NCBI GenBank assembly: GCA_002269645.1
Contig: NIVC01001724.1
Span: 91,919-155,918, forward strand
Direction: 5' to 3'
Length of the DNA: 64,000 nt
Source: Macrostomum lignano
Lineage: Eukaryota
In this document: piece by piece, positions 50,867-62,200 of the stretch
How positions within the stretch are numbered: the stretch's first letter is position 1
How the letters are laid out: each line of letters starts with the position of its first letter
The notes under the pieces: generated by a model
Database searches by the model: none
What the model saw: only the letters and a program-made list of their open reading frames with translations
What the model was told of the DNA's origin: nothing
Program-made: the position numbers and the translations under genes

Positions 50867-51630
50867 CAATCATACATGTGATGATGAGCTCTTTCACTTG
50901 ACAAACACAAATATATTTCTATATCCTATGCAAATACTGTGCAAATCATAAAAATTAAAATAAAAAATTCAAGTTTATGCTACAGCCATTGCAAGAGAAC
51001 GTTTATTAAATTGATATAGTATTTTCATTGATTAACGTACTTTAGTTGTCCTTCCTTAGCCAAAATTAAAGTCGTCCTTGTAATTTGGATAAAAACGTTC
51101 ACACAAGGAAAACGCGCAGACGAATATGTGAAGAATTTTACATTTCCCTGAACAATGTGACATTTCGATTGTATTTTTTAACTTTTAAATAAAATATTCT
51201 TTGCAAATCGTCGTAGATATAGTTTTAGATGTACTTTAATGCCAATGAATAAAAATATCAATAAGTTTCCAGTCGGCGTTGTGTTGTTGGGAGACTTCGC
51301 GGTGCCGCGAAAAAGAGTTTAAAGTATTTATAGCGCAACATTTCTCAAACCACCAGTGCGTATATTGACTTATAAACCTTTAAAAAACGGCTTCTTTTTG
51401 TCATCTAAAAATATTTGTTTAAAACGAGACCAATAAAGAACTCGTGTGCACGCCAGCGAGTTTTTAGACGCGGCGGCCCTCCGATATCATTGTAACAGAA
51501 ATAAAACTACTTTTCACCCTCTGAGTGTATTTGAGCACCTATGCTTTCATGGCTCTGCAGAGAAGAGTTCGAGATTGATTGTGTTTGAATAGGCTGTGAA
51601 TAGTTTTATTTTATAGGTCTAATTTTGAAT

Positions 51631-52266
51631 TAGTGTTCCGCCGTAAGGAGGGTCCATGTACCGTAGCCGTAGCCGTAAGCAAAACTACGGCTTACTCCAA
51701 TTCTCCGTATTCCGTAGCCGTAGGGACCCCGAAATTACCATATTCCCGTAGTTCCCGCAGCCGTAGCCGTATAGTTTTAACAAAAAGTCTAAAAAAACAA
51801 AATATTTTGAATCAAGAAGATAACCTAGTGCTTAAACAACTGCAAATTAAATTAGAAAATAAAAGAAACACTTAATTGCCTTTGTAAGATTTCGTCTTTT
51901 TTCAGAGCAACAATACTTTATCGTTACTGAAAGTACGAATGCTGAAATTTTTTACAATAAAAAAATAGAGTTTGCTAGTGTTTTATTGTACTTTTTAGGT
52001 ATACTTTATAAGTTTCTAGGTTGATAATACAGTTTACTAAAAGTATCTTTGTTTTACTCTATCTGCTTCTAATATTTTTTTCAATTTTTAACATTAATAA
52101 CTACGGGACCTACGTGAATCTACGGGAAGCAACTACCATATTTCCGTAGTCGTAGCCGTAAGAGCAGCTAGCTACCGTAGGCGTATCCGTAGCTGCCGTA
52201 GGCACCTATTTTACCGTATTTGCCGTAGGATCCCGTAGCCGTAGCTACGGCTACGGCGGAACACTA
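51631..52266. mobile_element. hAT-like MITE (636 bp)
   Basis: 15-bp perfect TIR TAGTGTTCCGCCGTA / TACGGCGGAACACTA with exact 8-bp TSD TTTTGAAT (51623-51630, 52267-52274). Many subterminal CCGTAG motifs. Confidence 0.9.
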
Positions 52267-53114
52267 TTTTGAATTTATAGGCCCCTATAAATTCCCTATA
52301 ATAAAATCCATGGTTTAATTATTAAACAGATAGAAGCATCTATTTGCAATCTAGGATCTGATCTGGCGATGCTTGATGGCTATCTGGCTATGTGTAGGCT
52401 ATTCTGCACAACACAGTGCATGCATCACCTTACATAATAATAATATCAGCTGCATCACTTATTTGGCATGTGTCATAGTGTGATATGTCTAAGTTATGGA
52501 CCCATGATATAGGCTAGGCCCTATAGGTAGGGCCTATCAAAGCTATCATATATCTATTTTTAGACAATTGTTTTTGCAATTGAACTATACAAAAGACCAA
52601 CTGAGACCACTCAAATAATTGTCTAAATTACTTTACTAGGCCTAGGCCCTAGGCCTAGTCAATTAGTAAAAAATAGGAAGTGCTTATCTTATCCTTAGGC
52701 TATAGATGCAGTCCCATGCCGATAATTCCAATTTTATTCACACAGATCCATGTGGATAATTTTCAGCTTGTCCCCATGGCAGCTTATTGAAATAGCTGCC
52801 ACTATTCAAGTCTATAGGCTATGTCAATAAGTCTAATTTTATCTACATAGATCTATCAATAATTTTTAGCTTAGGCCTATCCCCATGGCTAAGAATCTTT
52901 TCAATCTTTAAAAGACCAATTCTTTTAAAGATTCTAAATTCAATAGGACCTATGTAATAATAATAATAATAATAATAATGACAATATCAATTTTGAATAG
53001 AGTTAACAAGATGTTAAAATGACACTGTCATACTGTAGCTTCAATGGGGCCTGGAAAGTCATACAACATTATCATAACTGATATAACAATTATTTTAAGC
53101 TAGGCCTATGCAAT

Positions 53115-53730
53115 ATATAAATTACAATAAAAAATACTAATATGTAGATGTAGCAATATTTAACATTAGTACACATACATGTGCAACCTCCAAAATTCGG
53201 TCAGCCGTGCGACTTAGTTTTAACAAAAATGCGACGTAGTTTTTGGCCAAAAATGCGACTTACATATAAAAAAACCCGAAAGCAAAATTAACGCAACTTT
53301 GGGTAAACGGCAGGAGTAACTATGACTGTTTTATTAAGCTAAAATGCCTCGTCAGCTACTTAGTACTACTCTTCAGGTTATTTTTTGGGTGGGCATTTTT
53401 GCGACTTCCTTGATTGGCCGCCAAATCGGTCGGCCGGATCGGCCGACTCGGCCGACTGTTGCGCATGTATGTTAGTACACAAAACTAAACACAAACAACT
53501 GCATAATCTTAGGCTAATTCCAATATTTAACATTAGTACACAAAACTAAACACAAACAACTGCATAATCTTGTTTGTCTATAATATATAGACAACGGCTA
53601 AGATTATGCAGTTGTTTGTGTTTAGTTTTGTGTATTTAGGCTAAGATTATGCAGTTGTTTGTGTTTAGTTTTGTGTACTAATGTTAAATATTGCTACATC
53701 TACATATTAGTCTTTTTTATTGTAATATAT
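53115..53730. mobile_element. Foldback MITE inserted in the left arm of the Mutator-like element
   Basis: CTAATATGTAGATGTAGCAATATTTAACATTAGTACA[insertion]CAAAACTAAACACAAACAACTGCATAATCTT is mirrored at 53640-53711. The sequence is absent from the right arm. Confidence 0.65.
53174..53471. mobile_element. 298-bp hAT-like MITE, same family as 3699-6474
   Basis: TIR CATACATGTGCAAC / GTTGCGCATGTATG with exact 8-bp TSD TTAGTACA (53166-53173, 53472-53479). TGCGACTTA motifs. Confidence 0.85.
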
Positions 53731-54114
53731 ATTGGCGCATGACCAAGATGGCCACACACCAAGATGGCCACAGCTCTGAATGGCTGCTTGGATAGGAATA
53801 GGTCTATATATTTCCTCATTTCCTATTGGCTGTGATTGGGGTGGGGTATGACGTAGCTTCAAGTCTCGGAGAAGACAGATTTTGTTAGTGAAATTAGACT
53901 AAGTAAAACAAAAAACACTTCCCTTTACAGCAGGTATTACTACCTACTAAAGCTAGTAGCACTACTAGCACAAGACATTTGATTTTTGTATCATGGATAA
54001 TAGTTTCAAACGTATCTCAATATACTAAAACTGACGTGTTGTTTGTATATGTTAAAAGTTAAAGGTAGAGGGTAAAGGTATTAGTTATGATAGAAGTAAG
54101 CAAAAATTGGAGTG

Positions 54115-56290
54115 CCTCTTGTCTCTCATCTTTTCTCTTATCTCTGCACTCTCGTCTCTTTTCTTTTCTCTGTCATTTCTGCCCTCTCGTCTCTAATCTT
54201 TTCTCTCTCTCTCTCATCTCTGCCCTCTCCTCTCTCATCTCTTGCCCTCTCCTCTCTTATCTATTCTCTCTCATGTCTGCCATGTTCTCTCTTTTCTCTC
54301 TCATCTCTGCCCTCTCCTGTATCATCTTTCTCTCTCTCATCTCTGCCCTCTCCTCTCATCTCTTGCCCTCTCTCTCATCTATTCTCTCTCTCATGTCTGC
54401 CCTCTTCTCTCATCTTTTCTCTCTCATGTCTGCCCTCTCCTCTCATCAACTCTCTTCTCCTTTATTCCTTCGCCTCTCCTTTATCCTATGCTTGTATTTC
54501 TCTTCTCTATTCCTTACCCTCTCTCCTCACCTCTGGCCCGCTCTGTCATCAGGACTCCTCGCTTCGCTTTGGGGGCCAACGAAGCAGACTAGAAGGGCAG
54601 TCATGAGCTGGGTTCTCAATCGAGGTAAAAAGTTTGCCAACCCCTGCACTAAAAGCACCTGGCTTAGTCACATTAGATAAAAACTACATGTATAGTGGAA
54701 TGGGATTGAGAACAACGTGAACTAGCCTCTCTACTCTCAACCTCTCTATTCTCAGCCTCTCCACTGTCAGCCTCTATCTACTCTCAGCCTCTATCCACTC
54801 TCAACCTCTATCCCCAGCCCCTCTCTACTCTCAGCCCCTCTCTGCTCTCAGCCCCTCTCTGCTCTCAGCCCCTCTCTGCTCTCAGCCCCTCTCTGCTCTC
54901 AGCCCCTCTCTGCTCTCAGCCTCTCTCTACTCTCAGCCTCTACTTTCATCTTCTCTCTCAGCTCAGCTTATATCTAGTTCTAAAATCTGAAGTCATACTC
55001 AAACAAAAACTTGTCTTTCGAAAACATGTATCGGCAAAATCTCTGGCCTCCTGTCTCTCTCTATGTCCCTCGGATCCTTTGAAACTCTATCTTCTCTTTT
55101 GTTTCCTCTCTCTTCTCTCTCTCTCTTCTCTTCTCTTCTTTCCTATCTCCTCTCTTCCATCTTCTCTCGTCGATCTTCCCTCACCTTTCTTCTCTTTCAT
55201 CTTTGCTCTCTCTTTGCTCTTTGCTAAGAGCCAAAGACTATTCTAAAAAAATCACTGGAAGGAGCATGGAGGCCTTGGAGCCCCATGTGTGAAGGCCGTG
55301 TCATGTCATTAAAGATTATAGGACTGAGAAAATTTATTTATTAGGAGTTAGTCTCCCGTTTGACCCCCGCTGAGTGGCAGAATGGAAGTCAGCCCGTGAT
55401 TGCTTAATCCCCTCCCAATTAGCGTATTGAAAGATTGCTCGTGTTGCCCCGTTGGATACCGCTTTTCGCTTATTTACATGCGCTTTCCATCATATTCAAA
55501 CTATGTTGTGACTCCGTTCTCATGTGGCGATGTTTAAATATCTAGGATTTGAGCTCGAACTTTGAGCTCAAATTTGAGCTCGTACGGTATGTGTTTATTC
55601 CCTATAAGTCAATATTATCTTGGAAACTGGAAAAATTTCTATGGGTCTGCCCCGCAGGAGGTCCTGCCCCGCTGTTTAAAATTTTGTAGGAACAATGGAA
55701 GTCTGGGACTGTTAAAATTAGCACATTTCAGTTTGATTTCTCGTGTTTGTTCGCACCTCGTAGGTCAGTGCAAAATTCTCAATTCTCTCTCCTCTATCAT
55801 CTCGACCCTCTCTCCTATTATTTATTTCCTGTCTTATCTCCTCTCTCTCATCTCTCATCTGTACTCTCCTTTAACATCTCTCCTCTTTTTTCCCAACTCT
55901 CCCAACTCTTCTCTCAACTTTCTCCCCTTTACTCTTTCACCTCCCCTCTCTACTCTCCTCCCTCTCATCTCTCCTGCTCTCCCATCTCTCTTCTCCTTTC
56001 TACTCTCTCCCTTCTCCATTCTTCTATTTCCTCTCATCTCTCTTCTCTCCCTTCCACTCTCTTCCTGTCCTCTCAATTCTCCCCTTTATTCTCCTTTCTC
56101 CTTCACTCCACTTCTCTCCCATTGTCTCTCATGTCTGCTCTCACATATTTCTCTTCTCTCTCCACTCGTCTCTATAATCTCTTCCCTCTCCTCTCTCCTC
56201 TGTTCTAGCTCTACTGTCTCATTTCTCGTCTCTGCTTTCTCATCTCTCCTTTCTCCTCTTTAATCTCTCCTATCTGATCTCTTCTCTCTT
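54115..56290. repeat. CT-rich low-complexity tracts (54115-54520, 54725-54950, 55770-56290)
   Basis: Pyrimidine-rich degenerate repeats, including a 17-bp unit CTCTCAGCCCCTCTCTG. Confidence 0.8.
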
Positions 56291-57324
56291 CTGTTTGTAT
56301 CAGACTTGTGTCTGTACATGTATTTAGAGGTTCGGCTTAATTTGACGAGATTTCAGAATTGTCAGACTTTGATTGAAGCCTTGCGTCTCTTGGGTATCAG
56401 TACTTGCTGAAAAATACATGCATCTCATATCTGTGCAAATTTGCCGCAGTGCATAAGAGTACAAATGATATTTACATAAATAAATCTGAGGCTTCATGCT
56501 AAGTGCTGCATGCAGATTCACTATATTGAGTTATTTTTTTACGAGCCAAATTGTTATCATGGTTACCAACCATAGCAGTTGGCTAAAAATGTTAAAACTG
56601 AAAAAAGATTGCAACGAAAAATAATGATATGGCTGATTTGAGGTGAGCTGTTTTATATAGATAGATTTTTATCTCCACGCAAGCCAGTCAGTTATTTAGA
56701 CTATTTATGACTTCCAATCGTATCGTATCAGTTGTCGTATCGTACAGGCCACAATTGAAAAAAATGTTGCTCTAGGGTTGGCTTGAGTGTAACGATCCGT
56801 GACCATAAATTAAGTCTTTGCTCATTCAAGCTTGAATTGAAAGCAACCCCACCTACCTTTTGTATTCAACTTAAACAAATTAATACGGCTCGTATGTGAA
56901 CTCAATAGAAGTGGAAATCAAAAATAAAAACACTGCATCAGTTGCCACCCATTCACGATACTTCATATTATTTCTAGATACCAACGGATTGACAACAGTT
57001 TGTAGCAATGAATAAATTGTTTTTCTATGAAATCTTTCATCAGGCCTAGCTGTTCTGCAAATGTGGGTGCAAAAGGTATCTCATATCTGCATTTTAATAG
57101 CTCGTATACGTAGCTCATATAATATCATGCATAATGATGGGGATGATGGGATGATGATGAATTACGGAGGCAGAAGTGCACTGAGTCACACATACATGCA
57201 GTGACTAGCCCAAGTAAAGGCTGTTTGCTCTGTAAGTGCGACGCAATGAACCCCCCCATCCCAAATTTGAGCGTAAAACAAAGTGTAAAATCTGGCAAGA
57301 AATGTGCACGGTGATTCTAAGGTA

Positions 57325-57560
57325 CGGTGGCATGGATAGATGACAAAGTTCAAGCAAATTATAGCAATGGGTGCAGTACAAATAAGTAAGTGCGGATTTT
57401 TTGGCTTTTTTAACTCATTATGATCTGAAATGGCAATAAGGTACGGGTGGCATGGATAGATGGCAAAGTTCAAGCAAATTATAGCAATGGGTGCAGTACA
57501 AATAAGTAAGTGCGGATTTTTTGGCTTTTTTAACTCGTTATGATCTGAAATGGCAATAGA
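57325..57560. repeat. Tandem duplication of ~120 bp downstream of the transposase ORF
   Basis: GGTGGCATGGATAGATG...ATGATCTGAAATGGCAATA occurs twice. Confidence 0.85.
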
Positions 57561-57593
57561 TTTGGGCGGGCGGCTTGGGTAGTTGATGAGTTT

Positions 57594-58583
57594 TTAAGCC
57601 TCCTCGTCTGCAGGCTGCTGTACCTGCCAGACAGGCTGAGTGTGCAGATGGCTGCAGGCCCTTAGAAAAGCCGCAATTGAAAGTGTACTTTCTCTAAGAT
57701 GTCTGCAATGCGTCTCGAAGGCAGCATTCACTCGTGCGTACCTGGCATGCACCTGCTGGTGATGAGTAACAGCCTGGCCCCTGTGAACTTGCTGCTGTAG
57801 CCGTCGCACCCGTTCAGCATCACGCTCTAGCAGGTCCAGCAGAAGGTAGAAGTTCAGCGGTTTCTGTCCACGCTTGTTGAGTTGACCATGCCAGGCTTCT
57901 ACGTCGTTGTTGGTCCTCTTGTACTGCTCGAAGACGCAGATAGCATCACGGTCCCAGACGGGATGCTGCAGCCAGGTAGTGCGCACATACTCGGCTAGCT
58001 GTAGGAGTAGCTCATTACCTATTGCCAGTTGAATGCAGGCTGCCAGACCATCAAGCATACAAGCGGACGGCAAGCATGGAATCGAGAGAAGCATGCGTAC
58101 AACCAACTTAACTGCTGGAACAGTGGAATACTGCACCTGAAGGCCAAGATTTTGGACACGCCTGAAGACAGCTTGACAATAATGGAAGAAGCAGCCGCGA
58201 ACTTGCGCACCTGGATATACCAGCCAAATTGCTTGCCAAGCAGCAGCTTCAAAGTCACAAGTGAACTTGATTGGCGCATTACCTGTTGACTCCCAAAGGC
58301 AACAAAAGCAGGCTTGATAATCAGCTTGAGCCTTACCGGACATCAAAAAGAAGGCAAGTGGTACCAGCCTTTCCTGCCCATCAAAGCGAATCGCGCCGTG
58401 TACACTGTAAAGCTGTTTGAAAGGTGCCTTGACAATGCTAAAAGTTCCGTCGCACTTCAAGATTCGTCGGGTTGACGGTGCACATGCACGGTGCTGCCAA
58501 TTCAAGCATTGAGAACACTCAATTGCTTCTTGTCCATCGCAAACTGGCTGCAGACAGACTACACATGGATATGCGCCTGCCAT
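57594..58583 (-). CDS. MULE (Mutator) DDE transposase with N-terminal partial PHD finger (329 aa)
   Basis: CVVC...IECSQCLNWQHRAC (PHD-like), then CDGTF (D1), VPLAFFLM, CDFEAA (D2), GCFFHYCQAV (CxxH), YVRTTW, and RTNNDVEAWH (E). No internal stops. Confidence 0.88.
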   Translation of the reverse strand: MAGAYPCVVCLQPVCDGQEAIECSQCLNWQHRACAPSTRRILKCDGTFSIVKAPFKQLYSVHGAIRFDGQERLVPLAFFLMSGKAQADYQACFCCLWESTGNAPIKFTCDFEAAAWQAIWLVYPGAQVRGCFFHYCQAVFRRVQNLGLQVQYSTVPAVKLVVRMLLSIPCLPSACMLDGLAACIQLAIGNELLLQLAEYVRTTWLQHPVWDRDAICVFEQYKRTNNDVEAWHGQLNKRGQKPLNFYLLLDLLERDAERVRRLQQQVHRGQAVTHHQQVHARYARVNAAFETHCRHLRESTLSIAAFLRACSHLHTQPVWQVQQPADEEA

Positions 58584-61500
58584 TTTGTATCTAAGTGCTT
58601 AGACTGCTGTCAGTGAATAAGACAGATGAATTTTGAACAGGGCATGAAATTTACCCAGTTTTTATCCCTTTAAACAAGTAAATTAGTCTCGACCAATAAG
58701 AGAAATGGAAAAAGCTACACCAGATTTTATATGAAGAAGAGATTTGTTTAATACGAAATATGTTTACACCTCTTAGGGGCCTACTATAAGTAGGAAATTA
58801 AGACTCGTAACCATTTTTGTCTTTAGCCCTGCAATAAACTAATAAAATTTTGACTGCCTGTCTAAACCCCCCCATTGCAACCCCACATCTCCCCACCCGA
58901 AGCTATCCAATAGTAAACCAGCTGTCATTTTCCGTGACCCCCACCCCAGCTGTGGCCATCTTGGTGTGTGGCCATCTTGGTCTTACACCTATATATTGCA
59001 TAGGCCTAGCTTAAAATAATTGTTATATCAGTTATGATAATGTTGTATGACTTTCCAGGCCCCATTGAAGCTACAGTATGACAGTGTCATTTGAACATCT
59101 TATTAACTCTATTCAAAATTGATATTGTCATTATTATTATTATTATTATTACATAGGTCCTATTGAATTTAGAATTTTGCAAGTCTCATTTGCCTTGATC
59201 TTGAGGTCACTTGGTTGTTTTAAGCAAAGCTAGCAGCTAAGCAAGTATTTAAATTTAATTTCTAAACAAGAAATTAAACATGATAATTAGTGCATCAATA
59301 GTATTCAATTAATATTGACAAAACCAATATCAACTTTTTTATCAATTTAATTAGGCCCTAGCAACTTTCATAACAAACTATTTTCTAGTATCTAAGTAAA
59401 AAACTACAAAGAAATTTTTGTGCCACACACAAAGAAGCAGTTAGTTAGTATGTTTTAAACCCTTTTAACAACAAAAAAGTTTTAACAAAAACTAAATTGG
59501 CCTACTATTCAGTATTTAGTAGTTTATTTGGAAGATTTATAAAACAGTAAGAACAAAAAGACAGTTTTTAAATAGATTTATTTTATTTTATTTTAACTCT
59601 ATTCCAATAAGCTGCCATATGGATAAGCTAAAAATTATCAGCATAGATCCGTGTCAATAAAATTGGAATTATTGATACAACCTATAGACTTGAATGGTGG
59701 CAGCTATTTCAATAAGCTGTCGTGGGGATAAGTTGAAAATTATTGACATAGTCTATAGACTTGAATAGTGGTAGCTATTTCAATAAGCTGCTATAGGGAC
59801 ACATAAATTGAAATTATTGACACAGCCTATAGACTTGAATGTTGGCAGCTATTTTAACAAGCTGCCATAGGGATAAACTGAAAATCACTAACATGGATCC
59901 ATATAAATAAAATTGGAATTATTGGCATGGGATTGTGGGGATAAACACTTCCAAAAAATAATCTGTTGGCCTAGGCCTATATATAGATATAGTTTTCTTC
60001 ATTGAAATTTTTTGATTGAATTTCTAATGAACAAGCTAGGCTTAAAATGAGTATATTCTAGGTTTTTGTATGCTGAGTATGCATTATATGCACCCTGAAT
60101 TTTGAAATTGTACTCTTAAATTGAAAAAGTGAATATAGTTTAAGTGTGGTCTCACAACTTATTTTCTATTTAAGCCTCATTTACACTGCCTTAAAATAGG
60201 CCTAAGATCTAGAAAACAAGACAAGAAGTCAAGGTAGTCTTTGGATATTAATATTAGAAAATATATATACATATGTCTATATGATTTCCATGCTTTTTGA
60301 CCTTTTGTTGATTGTTGCTTGTGCTTTTTGGTACTTGACATTTGGTATCCTAGGTATCCCAGCTTTTCAATGCCCCAGTTTATGATGCCTAAATAATAAA
60401 AAGGGCATTATGGCAATATCCTAGTTTCTAGCTTTAAATTATTTTTAATTTGATACCAGATTTTAAACAATGAATTGAAATATATTTAATAAAGTATACT
60501 TAAGATATGTGCAAGTCTAAACTATGAAGGTCTTAAAAGCAGTATTATATAGTATAGTAGGCCTAATAATGTAATGGGTTACCTAGTACAGAAAGTTGAG
60601 GCACTTCTTTTGGAATAGTCAATACTAGAAGAACTTGCTGAGATGGGAGTCAAAAAAATCAAAAAGGTTATCACTAGTGCTATTCATTTGTAACTTTAGA
60701 TATAATCTTTATAGTTAGGCCTAACTTGAACTTTAAGCATATATGTGCTTTTACTTGTTTAAGACTAAAAGCTATACTTTTACTAATATATACTTAAGTA
60801 AATTTGTTTTAGTTCATTTGTTTAAAGTTCAGTGTGAAAATAATTTAATATGGGAAACTAGGACATTGGCTAAAAATTAATCTAATAACAATGTAGTAAA
60901 TACTCTATAAAACTTTTTATTTTCCTAAGAAAAGCAGTTTCTATCCATTTTATTTAATTGATATTTTTATAGATTTGAAAAATGAAATGAATTTTTTAAA
61001 CCAATTTTATATGAAAATATCTGATAGAACTGATTTAAATACTGAATAATGCTAAATACATATATATTTGTGAATAATATCCTTTTAGTAGCCTTTGATC
61101 AATAGGCCATCATCTTTATTTATTCAATAAAAAGTGCACCTAGACCAAATGCTAACTCTACTCTTCAAGTTTATAGGAATTAACACCCTGGAATCTATGA
61201 TCTATAAACTTGATTCCTAATGTTTTTTTCTCCAAAAGCCTGAACAAAACTTGCCTTTGATTGCTTAAGCACCCCTGCCTTTCCTCAAGATGTGCCACAT
61301 GTTGTCTCATCATTAATTCCCTCCTCTCATTTATGAGTCTCAAGTCCACAACCCCTAGCACTGTCAACTCTTCAAACTTGAACTTCTTAATCTTCCATTT
61401 TTTAAGCCTTCTCAAATCTTAACATAATATACTCAATTGTTATGCCTTTAATCCTCTGCCTTTCCTTAGAGCACAACTATCACTAATTCTTTTCTTTCAT

Positions 61501-62200
61501 TTATAAGCCATAATAATAATACTTTACTTTTTTGTTCCAAATATTTGTTCCATAGCAAAGCAATTATTCAGTATTCAGATTGTCAACTTTCCATTTCCAA
61601 TTTAAATTTTATTTTTGGTCAATTTAATTCAATTTTGAGTATACCAAATATTTATCTATTGTATATTTCTTCGATTTCAAAAAATATTTTTGATTTAATT
61701 GCATTTGCTATATCCAAATGGATATATTTGAAAGACAAAGAAAACATTATCTTATATATTCCAAATAAAAGTACTAAACTATGCCTCAAAAATTGTCAAA
61801 AAAAGCTTTTGAGTTGTCTTAATGACAACATTTTTGAAACTCTTCTATTTGTATAAAGTCCATTATCTATATGAAATAAAGCAGACCAAAATATTGATCA
61901 GTTTTATAGAAATTGCTCTATTGTTAATATTATATCCTAGGCCTATTTCACTATAATAAAGGTCTTTTTATTTTAGAAATATTGTTGAGCAAAATTATTG
62001 CTTTTTCAAATTTATCAGATGTTTTTCACTTTCAAATAAATAAAAATGAAAGTTAAATTTTTAAGTTTAAAAGTGAAAGTTCAAATTGAAAGTTGAAAGT
62101 TGAAAATTAAAAATTGAAATAATTTAAAATATTTTCAATTTTAATGAAAAATGATATGTTCATTAGCTTTCAAATCTCCAATGTTTTCTGTTCCAGTGCA

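Larger units (their letters stand above)
52670..59950. mobile_element. Mutator/Foldback-like element with long inverted arms enclosing a MULE transposase ORF
   Basis: 53741-53775 is the perfect reverse complement of 58948-58982. 52931-53117 matches the reverse complement of 58992-59175 with few mismatches. 52670-52850 is weakly inverted to 59600-59950. Outer ends and TSD are not resolved. Confidence 0.6.

Noticed and set aside
54646-54660. Lone GTTTGCCAACCCCTG resembling a hAT (Charlie/Buster) terminus
   Set aside because: No partner TIR or TSD found nearby.
61158-61415. 85-aa minus-strand ORF in AT-rich DNA
   Set aside because: No recognisable motif, no splice support and a non-ATG start. 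At most a decayed fragment.
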